Assembly: GCA_017432665.1 (NCBI GenBank)
Contig: JAFRIS010000015.1
Coordinates: 2 to 64,001, forward strand
Length of the DNA: 64,000 nt
Direction of reading: 5' to 3'
Source of the DNA: Bacilli bacterium
Lineage (GTDB): Bacteria; Bacillota_I; Bacilli_A; RF39; UBA660
Shown here piece by piece: positions 46,580 through 54,859 of this stretch. Each line of letters starts with the position of its first letter. The stretch's first letter is position 1. The notes beneath the pieces are model-generated. The model was not told the origin of the DNA and did not search any database. It saw only the letters and a list, made by a program, of their open reading frames with translations. The translations under genes and the position numbers were made by a program.

Positions 46580-47254
46580 TCACCTCGAAATTGCACTTTC
46601 TATTGCAGAGATATTCTTAGCTTGATTTTCTTTAACCATATCTCTTGCTTGTTCATATGTACTGCATAATAATTCTAAAGCAGCAATTGTATTAGTGACT
46701 TTCTTATCCATACCAGTTAATTTAGATGTGTAACTAGCACAATCTTCACCCACCCAAGAATTATCAAGTTTAGCAACATTTCTCTTAGTTTCAACTTCCC
46801 AAGAATTTTTTAAAGAGGAAATTGATTTCTTTAAAGTAGCAATAATTTCTTCTAATTGATTATATGTAATATTTAAATCTTGTCCAGTTCCAGGAAGAAC
46901 AACTCCATATTTTGGTTGAATAACACCTGAAGGTGGATTAATCATTACACCATATTTTGGTTGAGGTGGCACATGACTAATTGCGACACCATATTTAGCT
47001 TGAATATAATTATTAAAGTTTCCACTACTTGTAGCAGTACCATAACCCATCTTTCCAGAAAATTGTTGTTTAGAATTCACAAGATTTTCTATATTTGGAG
47101 AACTTGCGGTAACTACCGATTCAGAAAAATCGCCATTTGTTTCAAGAAAAGCATCTGCAGTTGGAACAACTGCATTTGCACTATTTTCAACGATTCCAAA
47201 TACAGTTGAATCAGGATTTTTCCATGTAATTTTTGCTACTGATTTATAGGCCAT
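46580..47254 (-). CDS. PKYGV-repeat protein with C-terminal WXG100-like helical domain
   Basis: aa 68-122 read KMGYG...AKYGV...PQPKYGV...IQPKYGV. aa 130-224 are helical with LDNSWVGEDCASYTSKL (W-x-G turn). RBS is AGGAGG. Confidence 0.7.
   Translation of the reverse strand: MAYKSVAKITWKNPDSTVFGIVENSANAVVPTADAFLETNGDFSESVVTASSPNIENLVNSKQQFSGKMGYGTATSSGNFNNYIQAKYGVAISHVPPQPKYGVMINPPSGVIQPKYGVVLPGTGQDLNITYNQLEEIIATLKKSISSLKNSWEVETKRNVAKLDNSWVGEDCASYTSKLTGMDKKVTNTIAALELLCSTYEQARDMVKENQAKNISAIESAISR
46889..47053 (-). repeat. In-frame tandem repeats encoding (P/Q)-x-P-K-Y-G-V units
   Basis: CAACCAAAATATGG(T/A)GT occurs twice, plus GCTAAATATGGTGT. Three perfect KYGV units and one degenerate KMGYG unit. 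Confidence 0.8.
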
Positions 47255-47282
47255 ACTATAATACCTCCTAGTCTACAATATA

Positions 47283-47293
47283 ATATTAACACA
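47283..47293 (-). promoter_or_regulatory. Possible internal extended -10 element TGTGTTAATAT ahead of the repeat-protein gene
   Basis: Lies in the only sizeable gap (49 nt) within the operon, 28 nt upstream of the ATG at 47254. Confidence 0.3.
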
Positions 47294-47303
47294 TAAAAAT
47301 TAT

Positions 47304-48677
47304 TTATTCAACAAAATCTGTTCCCAATATTTCTTTCATACACATATTTGGCACTTTTTCTTTATAATTCCATGTATGAAACGAATCCCCTCTACAATAT
47401 TTAAAACTCTTACATTTTTTACATTTTGCATTAGTAGTTAAGCGTTTTTTTCTAAAGATTTCAAATTTGTTTTCCCAGACATCTACAAAATTGTCTGTTT
47501 TAATATTTCCTTGAACTAACGATTGATCTCTAACGTTTGGACAAACACAGATATCGCCATTAGCTAAAATACTTCCGATAAATAATCCAGCACCACAAAT
47601 GAAACTGTGATCACGTAAAATATTTTCATATTTAAGACCTAAATAATGACTACAGTCATAATCAACTATCATTTTACCTTCTAAACGCTTTTCGCGAATA
47701 AAATTAAACATATATATTAAACCATCTTTATCGAGCAAAATACCATCATTATCATAGGCTCTACCAATAGGATCCACTCCCATTACACGCCATTCTTCAA
47801 TACCTTTATCAAGTAACATTTGATATATGTCTTCTAATTCATTTAAATTCTTTTTGTTCGCAACAGTAGTGATCTGAAGTGATCTTAAAGTTTCTAAACC
47901 TTTTAATAGATCAATAGCTTTCATAATTTTATCGTATGAACCAGGTACTCTTCTAAAACTTTCATGTGTTTCTTTTAGACCATCTAAACTAATAGAAATA
48001 CTTTCCATATTTGTTCGACGGAAATTTTCAATTGTTTTTTCATTAATAAGCATTCCATTTGTAGTAATTCCCCATCTAAAACCTAATCCTACAGCATACT
48101 CCATGATATCAAATAAGTCTTTACGCATTAGAGGTTCTCCACCTGTCACAGTAAGAAAAACATTTTGAGCACCATATCTATTATGTATTTCTAAGAGAGT
48201 TCTTTTTAAATCCTCTGTACTTATTTCGTCTTTAGGTATTTTATAACCACAACTACTTCCACAATGTTCACACTTAGCATTACATCTAAGAGTTACTTCA
48301 AGAAATAAATTAGTTAGAACAGGATTTTCAACATAAAAATTTACTTCATCTGCGATTTGTTCTAAATCTTTCTTTTTTGCTTTTATAACTTTTTTAGTAG
48401 TTTTATTATTTAAATCATTAAAATCATGAGGAGTACGATAAAGTTTATCTCTTTCTAACTTTTCGAAGCACTCTGAAATACTATCTACAAACTTAGTCGC
48501 ATCTTCCAAGGCTCCAATAAATTCTTTTCTATTTTCTCCTTCTAATAATTTATCTGCACTATCTTCTTCACTTTTTATTTCTTTTTTCAACGACTTTAAT
48601 TGCTTCTTTAAATTTTTATACTCTTTAATATCATTGTCATTTTCATTTTCTTGTGCTTGTTTTTCTTTTAGTCTCAT
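47304..48677 (-). CDS. Radical SAM enzyme with C-terminal SPASM domain and ~115-aa coiled-coil N-terminal extension
   Basis: CNAKCEHC (CX3CX2C; DNA 48261-48284), GGEPL, and the C-terminal Cys cluster CSHY...FICGAGLFIGSILANGDICVCPN...CKKCKSFKYCRGDS...NMC. The start overlaps the upstream stop (ATGA). Confidence 0.85.
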   Translation of the reverse strand: MRLKEKQAQENENDNDIKEYKNLKKQLKSLKKEIKSEEDSADKLLEGENRKEFIGALEDATKFVDSISECFEKLERDKLYRTPHDFNDLNNKTTKKVIKAKKKDLEQIADEVNFYVENPVLTNLFLEVTLRCNAKCEHCGSSCGYKIPKDEISTEDLKRTLLEIHNRYGAQNVFLTVTGGEPLMRKDLFDIMEYAVGLGFRWGITTNGMLINEKTIENFRRTNMESISISLDGLKETHESFRRVPGSYDKIMKAIDLLKGLETLRSLQITTVANKKNLNELEDIYQMLLDKGIEEWRVMGVDPIGRAYDNDGILLDKDGLIYMFNFIREKRLEGKMIVDYDCSHYLGLKYENILRDHSFICGAGLFIGSILANGDICVCPNVRDQSLVQGNIKTDNFVDVWENKFEIFRKKRLTTNAKCKKCKSFKYCRGDSFHTWNYKEKVPNMCMKEILGTDFVE

Positions 48678-48928
48678 TCGGCTACCTCCTGGTTATCAAT
48701 TAAATCTTGTTTTAGTTGCCAACTCTCTTTTAATAAATCTAATTGTTCTAAAATAGCGACAATAGTTTTATCAGTGCTTTTAATCTTCTTTATAAACTCA
48801 TCACATAACTCATCTTTCCATGATTGTCGTAGATTTTCTAAATCATATATATTTAAATCATTCCAAATCTTATGGATTTTTTCAGTAGTTTTATCAATAT
48901 TTGCAATTATAATCTCTTTATTTTCCAT
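48674..48928 (-). CDS. Small helical protein, WXG100-like (W-x-D variant), paralogous to the C-terminal domain of the 46580-47254 product
   Basis: 84 aa. LRQSWKDELCDEF aligns with LDNSWVGEDCASY. RBS is AGGTGA. Confidence 0.6.
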   Translation of the reverse strand: MENKEIIIANIDKTTEKIHKIWNDLNIYDLENLRQSWKDELCDEFIKKIKSTDKTIVAILEQLDLLKESWQLKQDLIDNQEVAE

Positions 48929-48936
48929 AAATTCAC

Positions 48937-49275
48937 CTACTTATTAATATCTAATAAATTACCTAGTTCTGAAGCAAAGGTTTTATTAAATAATTCTTTT
49001 ATTTCAACAGAAAGATTTTCATATTCAGGAATAATTTTTGTGAGTAAAAGATTAGTCAATTCTGAAATATCACTATCAAATCTAGTGAATAGTTTTTTTA
49101 ATTCATCACTAATTCCAACAATATCTTCTTTTGATTTAATTAATTCTTTTTGGCTTGTAGTTAATATATCTTTTAATGATTCATTATACAAATCCATTAT
49201 TTCATTTTTTTCTTTAATTAAATTATTAGTTATTTTTCTTAAATCCCCAGTATTAACAATAACTTGATTATTCAT
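48937..49275 (-). CDS. Small all-helical protein, paralogue of the 46227-46574 product
   Basis: 112 aa with the shared C-terminal tail motif. RBS is AGAGG. Confidence 0.65.
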   Translation of the reverse strand: MNNQVIVNTGDLRKITNNLIKEKNEIMDLYNESLKDILTTSQKELIKSKEDIVGISDELKKLFTRFDSDISELTNLLLTKIIPEYENLSVEIKELFNKTFASELGNLLDINK

Positions 49276-49276
49276 A

Positions 49277-50155
49277 TTAAACCTCTATTAATTCATACTC
49301 TCTAGAACCAACGCCAAGTTCAGCTGCCCTTTCAATAGTATGAATACCATTTCTAGAATTAACTCTTTCCATAAAGTGTTCTTTTCCTGAATCATCACTA
49401 TTCATAACGATATCAATACAAGCTTGATCTATAGCCACTGGATCTAGAGAAATTAAAATACCCATATCTTTCATACAAGGATCTTCAGCCTCAGCACAGC
49501 AGTCACAATCTACACTCATATTAGCCATAACATTAATAAATACCATATTACCCTTGAAATAGTCTACTACTGCAGAAGCGGCCTCTGCCATACTTTCTAA
49601 GAAATGATCTTGAGGAGGCAAATTATTCCATAAACTATATTGGTCTTTATTAGTTCCTGCAGAATGAATCCAACTTTTTCCTTCACTAGATGCACAACCA
49701 ATAGATAATTGTTTTAGTGCTCCTCCATAACCTCCCATTGGATGTCCTTTGAAATGTGAAAGTACTAACATAGAATCATAGTTGGCAATATTTTTTCCTA
49801 AATAATCTTCTTTTAAATGTACTCCATTTTTGATAGGAATCGCTAAATCAGGTCCTTCAGCATCCATTAAATCAAAATTAAATAATTTACTCCATCCATG
49901 TTTTTCAATAGTTTTTAAATGCTTTTCAGTAGTATTTCTTTCTCCTGCATAAGCAGTATTACATTCAACAACAGTACCATTAACATAATCAATCATTGGC
50001 TTCATAAATTCTGGTTTTAAATAGTTTTGATTACCTTCTTCACCTGAATGTACTTTAACTGCTACTTTTCCAGTAAGCTCTTTACCAAGTTTTTTATACA
50101 TATCAACTACCTTTTCAGGTGTTACTTCTTTACAATAATATACTTTTGCTTTCAT
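49277..50155 (-). CDS. DUF362 domain protein (putative Fe-S/metal-binding)
   Basis: MKAKVYY...GKVAVKVHSGEEGNQNYLKP...VVECNTAYAGERN is typical of DUF362 as I recall it. Cys cluster VDCDCCAEAEDPC. RBS TAGGAGGA precedes the ATG at 50155. Confidence 0.75.
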   Translation of the reverse strand: MKAKVYYCKEVTPEKVVDMYKKLGKELTGKVAVKVHSGEEGNQNYLKPEFMKPMIDYVNGTVVECNTAYAGERNTTEKHLKTIEKHGWSKLFNFDLMDAEGPDLAIPIKNGVHLKEDYLGKNIANYDSMLVLSHFKGHPMGGYGGALKQLSIGCASSEGKSWIHSAGTNKDQYSLWNNLPPQDHFLESMAEAASAVVDYFKGNMVFINVMANMSVDCDCCAEAEDPCMKDMGILISLDPVAIDQACIDIVMNSDDSGKEHFMERVNSRNGIHTIERAAELGVGSREYELIEV

Positions 50156-50174
50156 ATTATTCCTCCTATCAATA

Positions 50175-53100
50175 TTATAACACAAATTTATCAGTACTAT
50201 CTAATACAGGTTCTTCTTCATTAATCATACTGGCAATTTCTTCATTAGATTTTACATTTCGTAAATAGTTAGTAATTACTTCTTTCATTTTTTCATAGCC
50301 ACTAGAATCCATTTTGTGAGAAACAAACTCATCATGATTTTTACCTATTTTTCCTTCGAAGTTTTCTCCAAAATCCCAGATTTGATAATTTTCTTTGAAT
50401 TCTTCAAAATCTTTTGATCTGTTTGCAGCTTCTAAGAATGATAAACAAGCATCATAGAATGAACCACCATTTTGTAATATCCAGTTTTCTACTCCTACTC
50501 CTCCTAGTCCACCTTCAGACGGATTGGAAAAATGTCCTTTATAACAGTGAGCTTCTTTTAAAACCTTTTTAGCTAAAATAATATTAGCTACTACTAGTTT
50601 ATACTTTTCTTCTCCATATTGGTCTCTAATACTCTCTAAACGGTCCTTTAAGCAAAGATCAGTAGTATATTCAATACCATCAGTCTTAGGTGTAAAAGAA
50701 ATATCAATATCAATTGTATCAGCTATTTCACCAGGATTAACGCCACTAAATCTAAAATCACCTTTATTAGTAATCTCAACAGTACCACCATTTTCAAGTA
50801 TTTTTTCTTTTATTGCGACTTTTAATTTTTCTATTAATACAGTATTTTTAAAAATATTAGTATCTAGACGCATCATATAATCAAAATCACTATCATTTGG
50901 TTTATTAGTACCTCTACCAGTAGAACCAGTATCAATTAATTCTGAGAAACCAAATGTAATATCTTTACTTAGATAAGGTCGTAATTCACGGATACCTTGT
51001 TCTTTACAAACTTCTTCTATTACAGCAAATATTATTTGTTGAATAGCAGCAACATTACTAGCATTGTCATCTAAAGATTTAGCAATTTCAACTATTTCAG
51101 GAGTTTCTAAATTATCAGATAATTTGTATTCAGGACATCCCAAATGGGATAATCCTTGCATTTTACTTCGTAATTCTAAATAATCATCATAAGTAAATAT
51201 CAAATTATTATCAGTATCTACTACTGGTATATATACTCCTTTACGAGCTAATTCATAACCAATTTGCTTATTAGGAATTTCTGTAACAATATGGTCAATA
51301 TAACCTATTGGGAATCCCGTACGGATACCAAAATGTTCTTCTGTACCAGTTCTAAACAATTCATAGTTTCGCATATTGTCTCTAATTCTCTTAGGTAATT
51401 CTTTATTCTTATTTTCCATATCACGTGATTCAAAAAATTTATCACTTTTTAAAACAAAGTATATTGGTCCATGTGTTGCGGCAGGAGTAGCTGAAACGCT
51501 CTCTACAAAAGACCCACCCTTAGCTATCTTTATACAGTCAGTATCTAAAGGGGTGTAATCAGTATTGGCATCACAACCCAAGAATTCTTGAGCTACACTA
51601 CCATTATCTAGAATACGTCCTAAGAATTTAATATCACCAATTCCTTTGATTAAATCACCAGCTTTAAGAGAAAAATCAGTTTTATCTTTATTTCTTTCTG
51701 TAATAGAATCTAATGCTGAATCAATAATTCTTCTAGCATCTTCAACGCTTTCAATACCTGCGAAGTAACAATACATCTTTACAATTCTATCTGCTATTGA
51801 ACTAGAATTATCAACTTTTAAGAACTTACTTAAATTCTTAATATTTTCAATAGGATCATCCACTTCTACAAATTCATCTTTATTAGGCATTCTACTGTAG
51901 TTATAGATGGCTTTTAAACACTCAGAAAATTGCTTTAGCAAATGAACTTGATCTAAAGATAATGGTCCATATAATTCACCAGTTATTATTTCTCGATAAA
52001 GTTTTTCTCCAGCTTCAATATTATCAAGATAATCAACAAAATCTGTATTAGCTGATTCTAAATTAATTCTAATTAAATCAGCAAATATAATAGCATCTTT
52101 TATTTCAGGATGATCTTCATACTTTTTTAATACTGGTGACATACGATCAAAAATTGGCATATCAGGATTAATAGTCTTATAGACTAAAAATCTTTTACCA
52201 AAACCAGGGATATGATTACTAGCAAATATTTTTTCAATAGTATCAAACTTTTCTAAAGGATCATCTACATATAATAATTGTCTTTCTAATTCAGTTCTAA
52301 TTCTAACTAATTCAGAAGAATTAGCATAAGAGATTCTATTAAACAATTCTCCTAAAATCGCAATTCTTTCTTCAGTTAATTCATGATAATTTTCTCTAAT
52401 AAAATCCCTAAATTCTTGTTGCGAATTTTCATCATCTTCACGGATTTTTTTATACTGTTCCATGATTAAATACTTTCTTCTATTATCTTCTTCTCTAGTT
52501 TTCCCTTCAAGTTGTAAATCAGCCATAAATAACATATCATGATTACCGAATGCTATATTTGTTTCACTAAAGTATTTAATATTCTCTTCAGTATATACAA
52601 TATATTTACCATAAAAAGCATCTTTTAGTTGAGGAGATACACTATCAGAACAAAACATTTCTGAATGACTTTTAAATACTTCTCTATAAGTTTCATCGTA
52701 TTCTTCTCCATTTAATACCATCTGATAGGCATTTTGTTCCATGGCTTCATAAGAATGATTATGAGCTCTTGAATCTAAAAATTTACCATAGATTGGAGCT
52801 AACTTATAAAATTCTTCTTCAGACAACGTACTATGAATTTTTCTGGTCATTGCTCTATAATCTTTTTGTCTTAGTATTTCAACTAATTCAGGATTTTCCT
52901 TTATGATTCTAGCACCCAATTTACCTTCCATTAAAATTCTTCTAATATAATTATCCGATATATCAGAAAAATCAAATTGTGGATAGCGTTTAATCATTTC
53001 CTCATTTAATACTATCCAATCTGCGTTTTTATAGTCATCATGTCCTATGTAATCATCATAAATTGCCTTATAAAACTGATTTTGTACTTCTTCTTCAGAT

Positions 53101-54842
53101 TTAGTAAAATCAAAATCATCTTCATAAAGAATAGTTTCAAAAAACAGCATGTTTTGATTTAAGAAATTTAAAAAGTTTTCATTTCCAAATCTCTCACAAT
53201 ATTCTCCAACAAACCAAATGTTTTTAGAAAACCTATATCTAATATCATGAGTACATAGATACTCTCTTTGTTCAGTAGTTAAATATTGTATTGTTGCACA
53301 ATTAGTTATATATTGAATTTTTGAAAATTCCTTAGGCACAATTAAATCTGGACTTATTTTTGAAAAATCTGGCACTTCAGACAAACGATTTGAGTCATTT
53401 AAATAAGTCTCTATCATCCATCGAACAAAATCTTCATATCTAGGTGGTTTATGAAATGGAATACGGTTATAATTATCAATTAGACGTTCAATAAAGCCAC
53501 TTTCATAAATTTCTTTATATAATTCATACATATTAGATTCTTGACTAAATCTATATAAGTTACCCGCTCCTACTCTATCAATTACATCTTGTGAATCAAA
53601 ATCTTTAATTATAATATGTTCATAATCTTCTAATTCGCTTGGATCAGGTATGTCAAAAACAATTTTAGTAAACATTTCAGAGAAACCTTCTGGTATTTTT
53701 GATCCAGCCATACCTTCTGTTAAATACTTACGAACTTCAGCACGAAGTGTATCTTCTATCCTATTAGGATTAAAATCAGTAGAATAATCTAATACTTTAG
53801 GAGCGTTTTCATTGCTAAATAACGCATGCATAAGTTGTGGATATTTATTATTTAATTCAATTACTTTTTGATATCCAATTTCTTCATACATCTTAGCAAA
53901 ATTATTTGGTATTTTGTAATCAACAGAAAAATCATATTCTAATACTGTAAATATTTCTTGATTATTAACTAAATCATCATAAGTTAATGTTCCTTTATAA
54001 TATCTATCTATTAAACCTTGATCGGTAGTATAATTTTCAATAAAAATTGTTTTAAAAGTACTTTTAGTCGCATCGGATTTACCTAAAAGTTCAAAAGCAA
54101 AAGATTCTCTTAATTCTTGATTTATATGATTCATTATTTCCTTAACATCAAATCTATCAATAAGTTCTTGATTAAGAAAACTGATATTATTAATAATTAC
54201 TAAGTAAAAATTTGGATCTTCTTTATAAGCTTTAATTGCGGGTTCTACACCGTATGAATTAATAAATCTATGTAATTCAAAATCTCTAACATATCGATGA
54301 TTTCTAGAAAATTTAGCTATTTGTTCAGGAGAAAATCCAATTAAATCTTCTATTACACATTGACCATTTAAGTATTTTTGTCTAAATTCAATATCAAAAC
54401 TATCATCTAAGAAAACATCCGGATGATTTCTAATGGTTTCTTCACCAAATACTTGACGAGATATTTCAAAAGTAACTCTTTCTCCTTCTAACGTATTTAA
54501 ATATTGATAATTAATAATATTACAATTTTCAAAATTAATATTTGCAATTTCTAAATAACAACCCAAATCTAATAAGTTTATTGTTGCATTAGTACCATTA
54601 AAAGAAATACTTTTATCTTTTGGAACAAAAATAACAAAATCATATTCTGTAGAAGGAATATCACTCAAGTCATAAGAAGTTAGTTCTTGCAATAAAGGAT
54701 ATATTGTATTTCCATATTCCTCAATTAATTTTAATGCTTGAGTATCGTCAACGTTATCAGAATCAGCAAATATTCTTTCATTTTCTGCATTAATTTTAGA
54801 AACTATTTCTCGAAAATGTTCTAGAGTTATCTTTTCCCTCAT
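50175..54842 (-). CDS. 1555-aa cytoplasmic protein with C-terminal Pol-beta-superfamily nucleotidyltransferase-like region; remainder unassigned
   Basis: No signal peptide or TM segment. ELIDTGSTGRGTNKPNDSDFDYMMRLD (DNA 50880-50927), then TIDIDISF, then ILAKKVLKEAHCYKG...GGLGGVGVENWILQNGG. RBS is AGGAGAG. Confidence 0.6.
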   Translation of the reverse strand: MREKITLEHFREIVSKINAENERIFADSDNVDDTQALKLIEEYGNTIYPLLQELTSYDLSDIPSTEYDFVIFVPKDKSISFNGTNATINLLDLGCYLEIANINFENCNIINYQYLNTLEGERVTFEISRQVFGEETIRNHPDVFLDDSFDIEFRQKYLNGQCVIEDLIGFSPEQIAKFSRNHRYVRDFELHRFINSYGVEPAIKAYKEDPNFYLVIINNISFLNQELIDRFDVKEIMNHINQELRESFAFELLGKSDATKSTFKTIFIENYTTDQGLIDRYYKGTLTYDDLVNNQEIFTVLEYDFSVDYKIPNNFAKMYEEIGYQKVIELNNKYPQLMHALFSNENAPKVLDYSTDFNPNRIEDTLRAEVRKYLTEGMAGSKIPEGFSEMFTKIVFDIPDPSELEDYEHIIIKDFDSQDVIDRVGAGNLYRFSQESNMYELYKEIYESGFIERLIDNYNRIPFHKPPRYEDFVRWMIETYLNDSNRLSEVPDFSKISPDLIVPKEFSKIQYITNCATIQYLTTEQREYLCTHDIRYRFSKNIWFVGEYCERFGNENFLNFLNQNMLFFETILYEDDFDFTKSEEEVQNQFYKAIYDDYIGHDDYKNADWIVLNEEMIKRYPQFDFSDISDNYIRRILMEGKLGARIIKENPELVEILRQKDYRAMTRKIHSTLSEEEFYKLAPIYGKFLDSRAHNHSYEAMEQNAYQMVLNGEEYDETYREVFKSHSEMFCSDSVSPQLKDAFYGKYIVYTEENIKYFSETNIAFGNHDMLFMADLQLEGKTREEDNRRKYLIMEQYKKIREDDENSQQEFRDFIRENYHELTEERIAILGELFNRISYANSSELVRIRTELERQLLYVDDPLEKFDTIEKIFASNHIPGFGKRFLVYKTINPDMPIFDRMSPVLKKYEDHPEIKDAIIFADLIRINLESANTDFVDYLDNIEAGEKLYREIITGELYGPLSLDQVHLLKQFSECLKAIYNYSRMPNKDEFVEVDDPIENIKNLSKFLKVDNSSSIADRIVKMYCYFAGIESVEDARRIIDSALDSITERNKDKTDFSLKAGDLIKGIGDIKFLGRILDNGSVAQEFLGCDANTDYTPLDTDCIKIAKGGSFVESVSATPAATHGPIYFVLKSDKFFESRDMENKNKELPKRIRDNMRNYELFRTGTEEHFGIRTGFPIGYIDHIVTEIPNKQIGYELARKGVYIPVVDTDNNLIFTYDDYLELRSKMQGLSHLGCPEYKLSDNLETPEIVEIAKSLDDNASNVAAIQQIIFAVIEEVCKEQGIRELRPYLSKDITFGFSELIDTGSTGRGTNKPNDSDFDYMMRLDTNIFKNTVLIEKLKVAIKEKILENGGTVEITNKGDFRFSGVNPGEIADTIDIDISFTPKTDGIEYTTDLCLKDRLESIRDQYGEEKYKLVVANIILAKKVLKEAHCYKGHFSNPSEGGLGGVGVENWILQNGGSFYDACLSFLEAANRSKDFEEFKENYQIWDFGENFEGKIGKNHDEFVSHKMDSSGYEKMKEVITNYLRNVKSNEEIASMINEEEPVLDSTDKFVL

Positions 54843-54859
54843 ACTTATCTCTCCTAAAT

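Noticed and set aside
48872-49267. 131-aa + strand ORF antisense to the small helical protein genes (also 46961-47209 and 51376-51558)
   Set aside because: It lies entirely within better-supported minus-strand genes that have RBSs and tight operon spacing. Its S/F/L/I-rich product is typical of antisense frames in AT-rich DNA.
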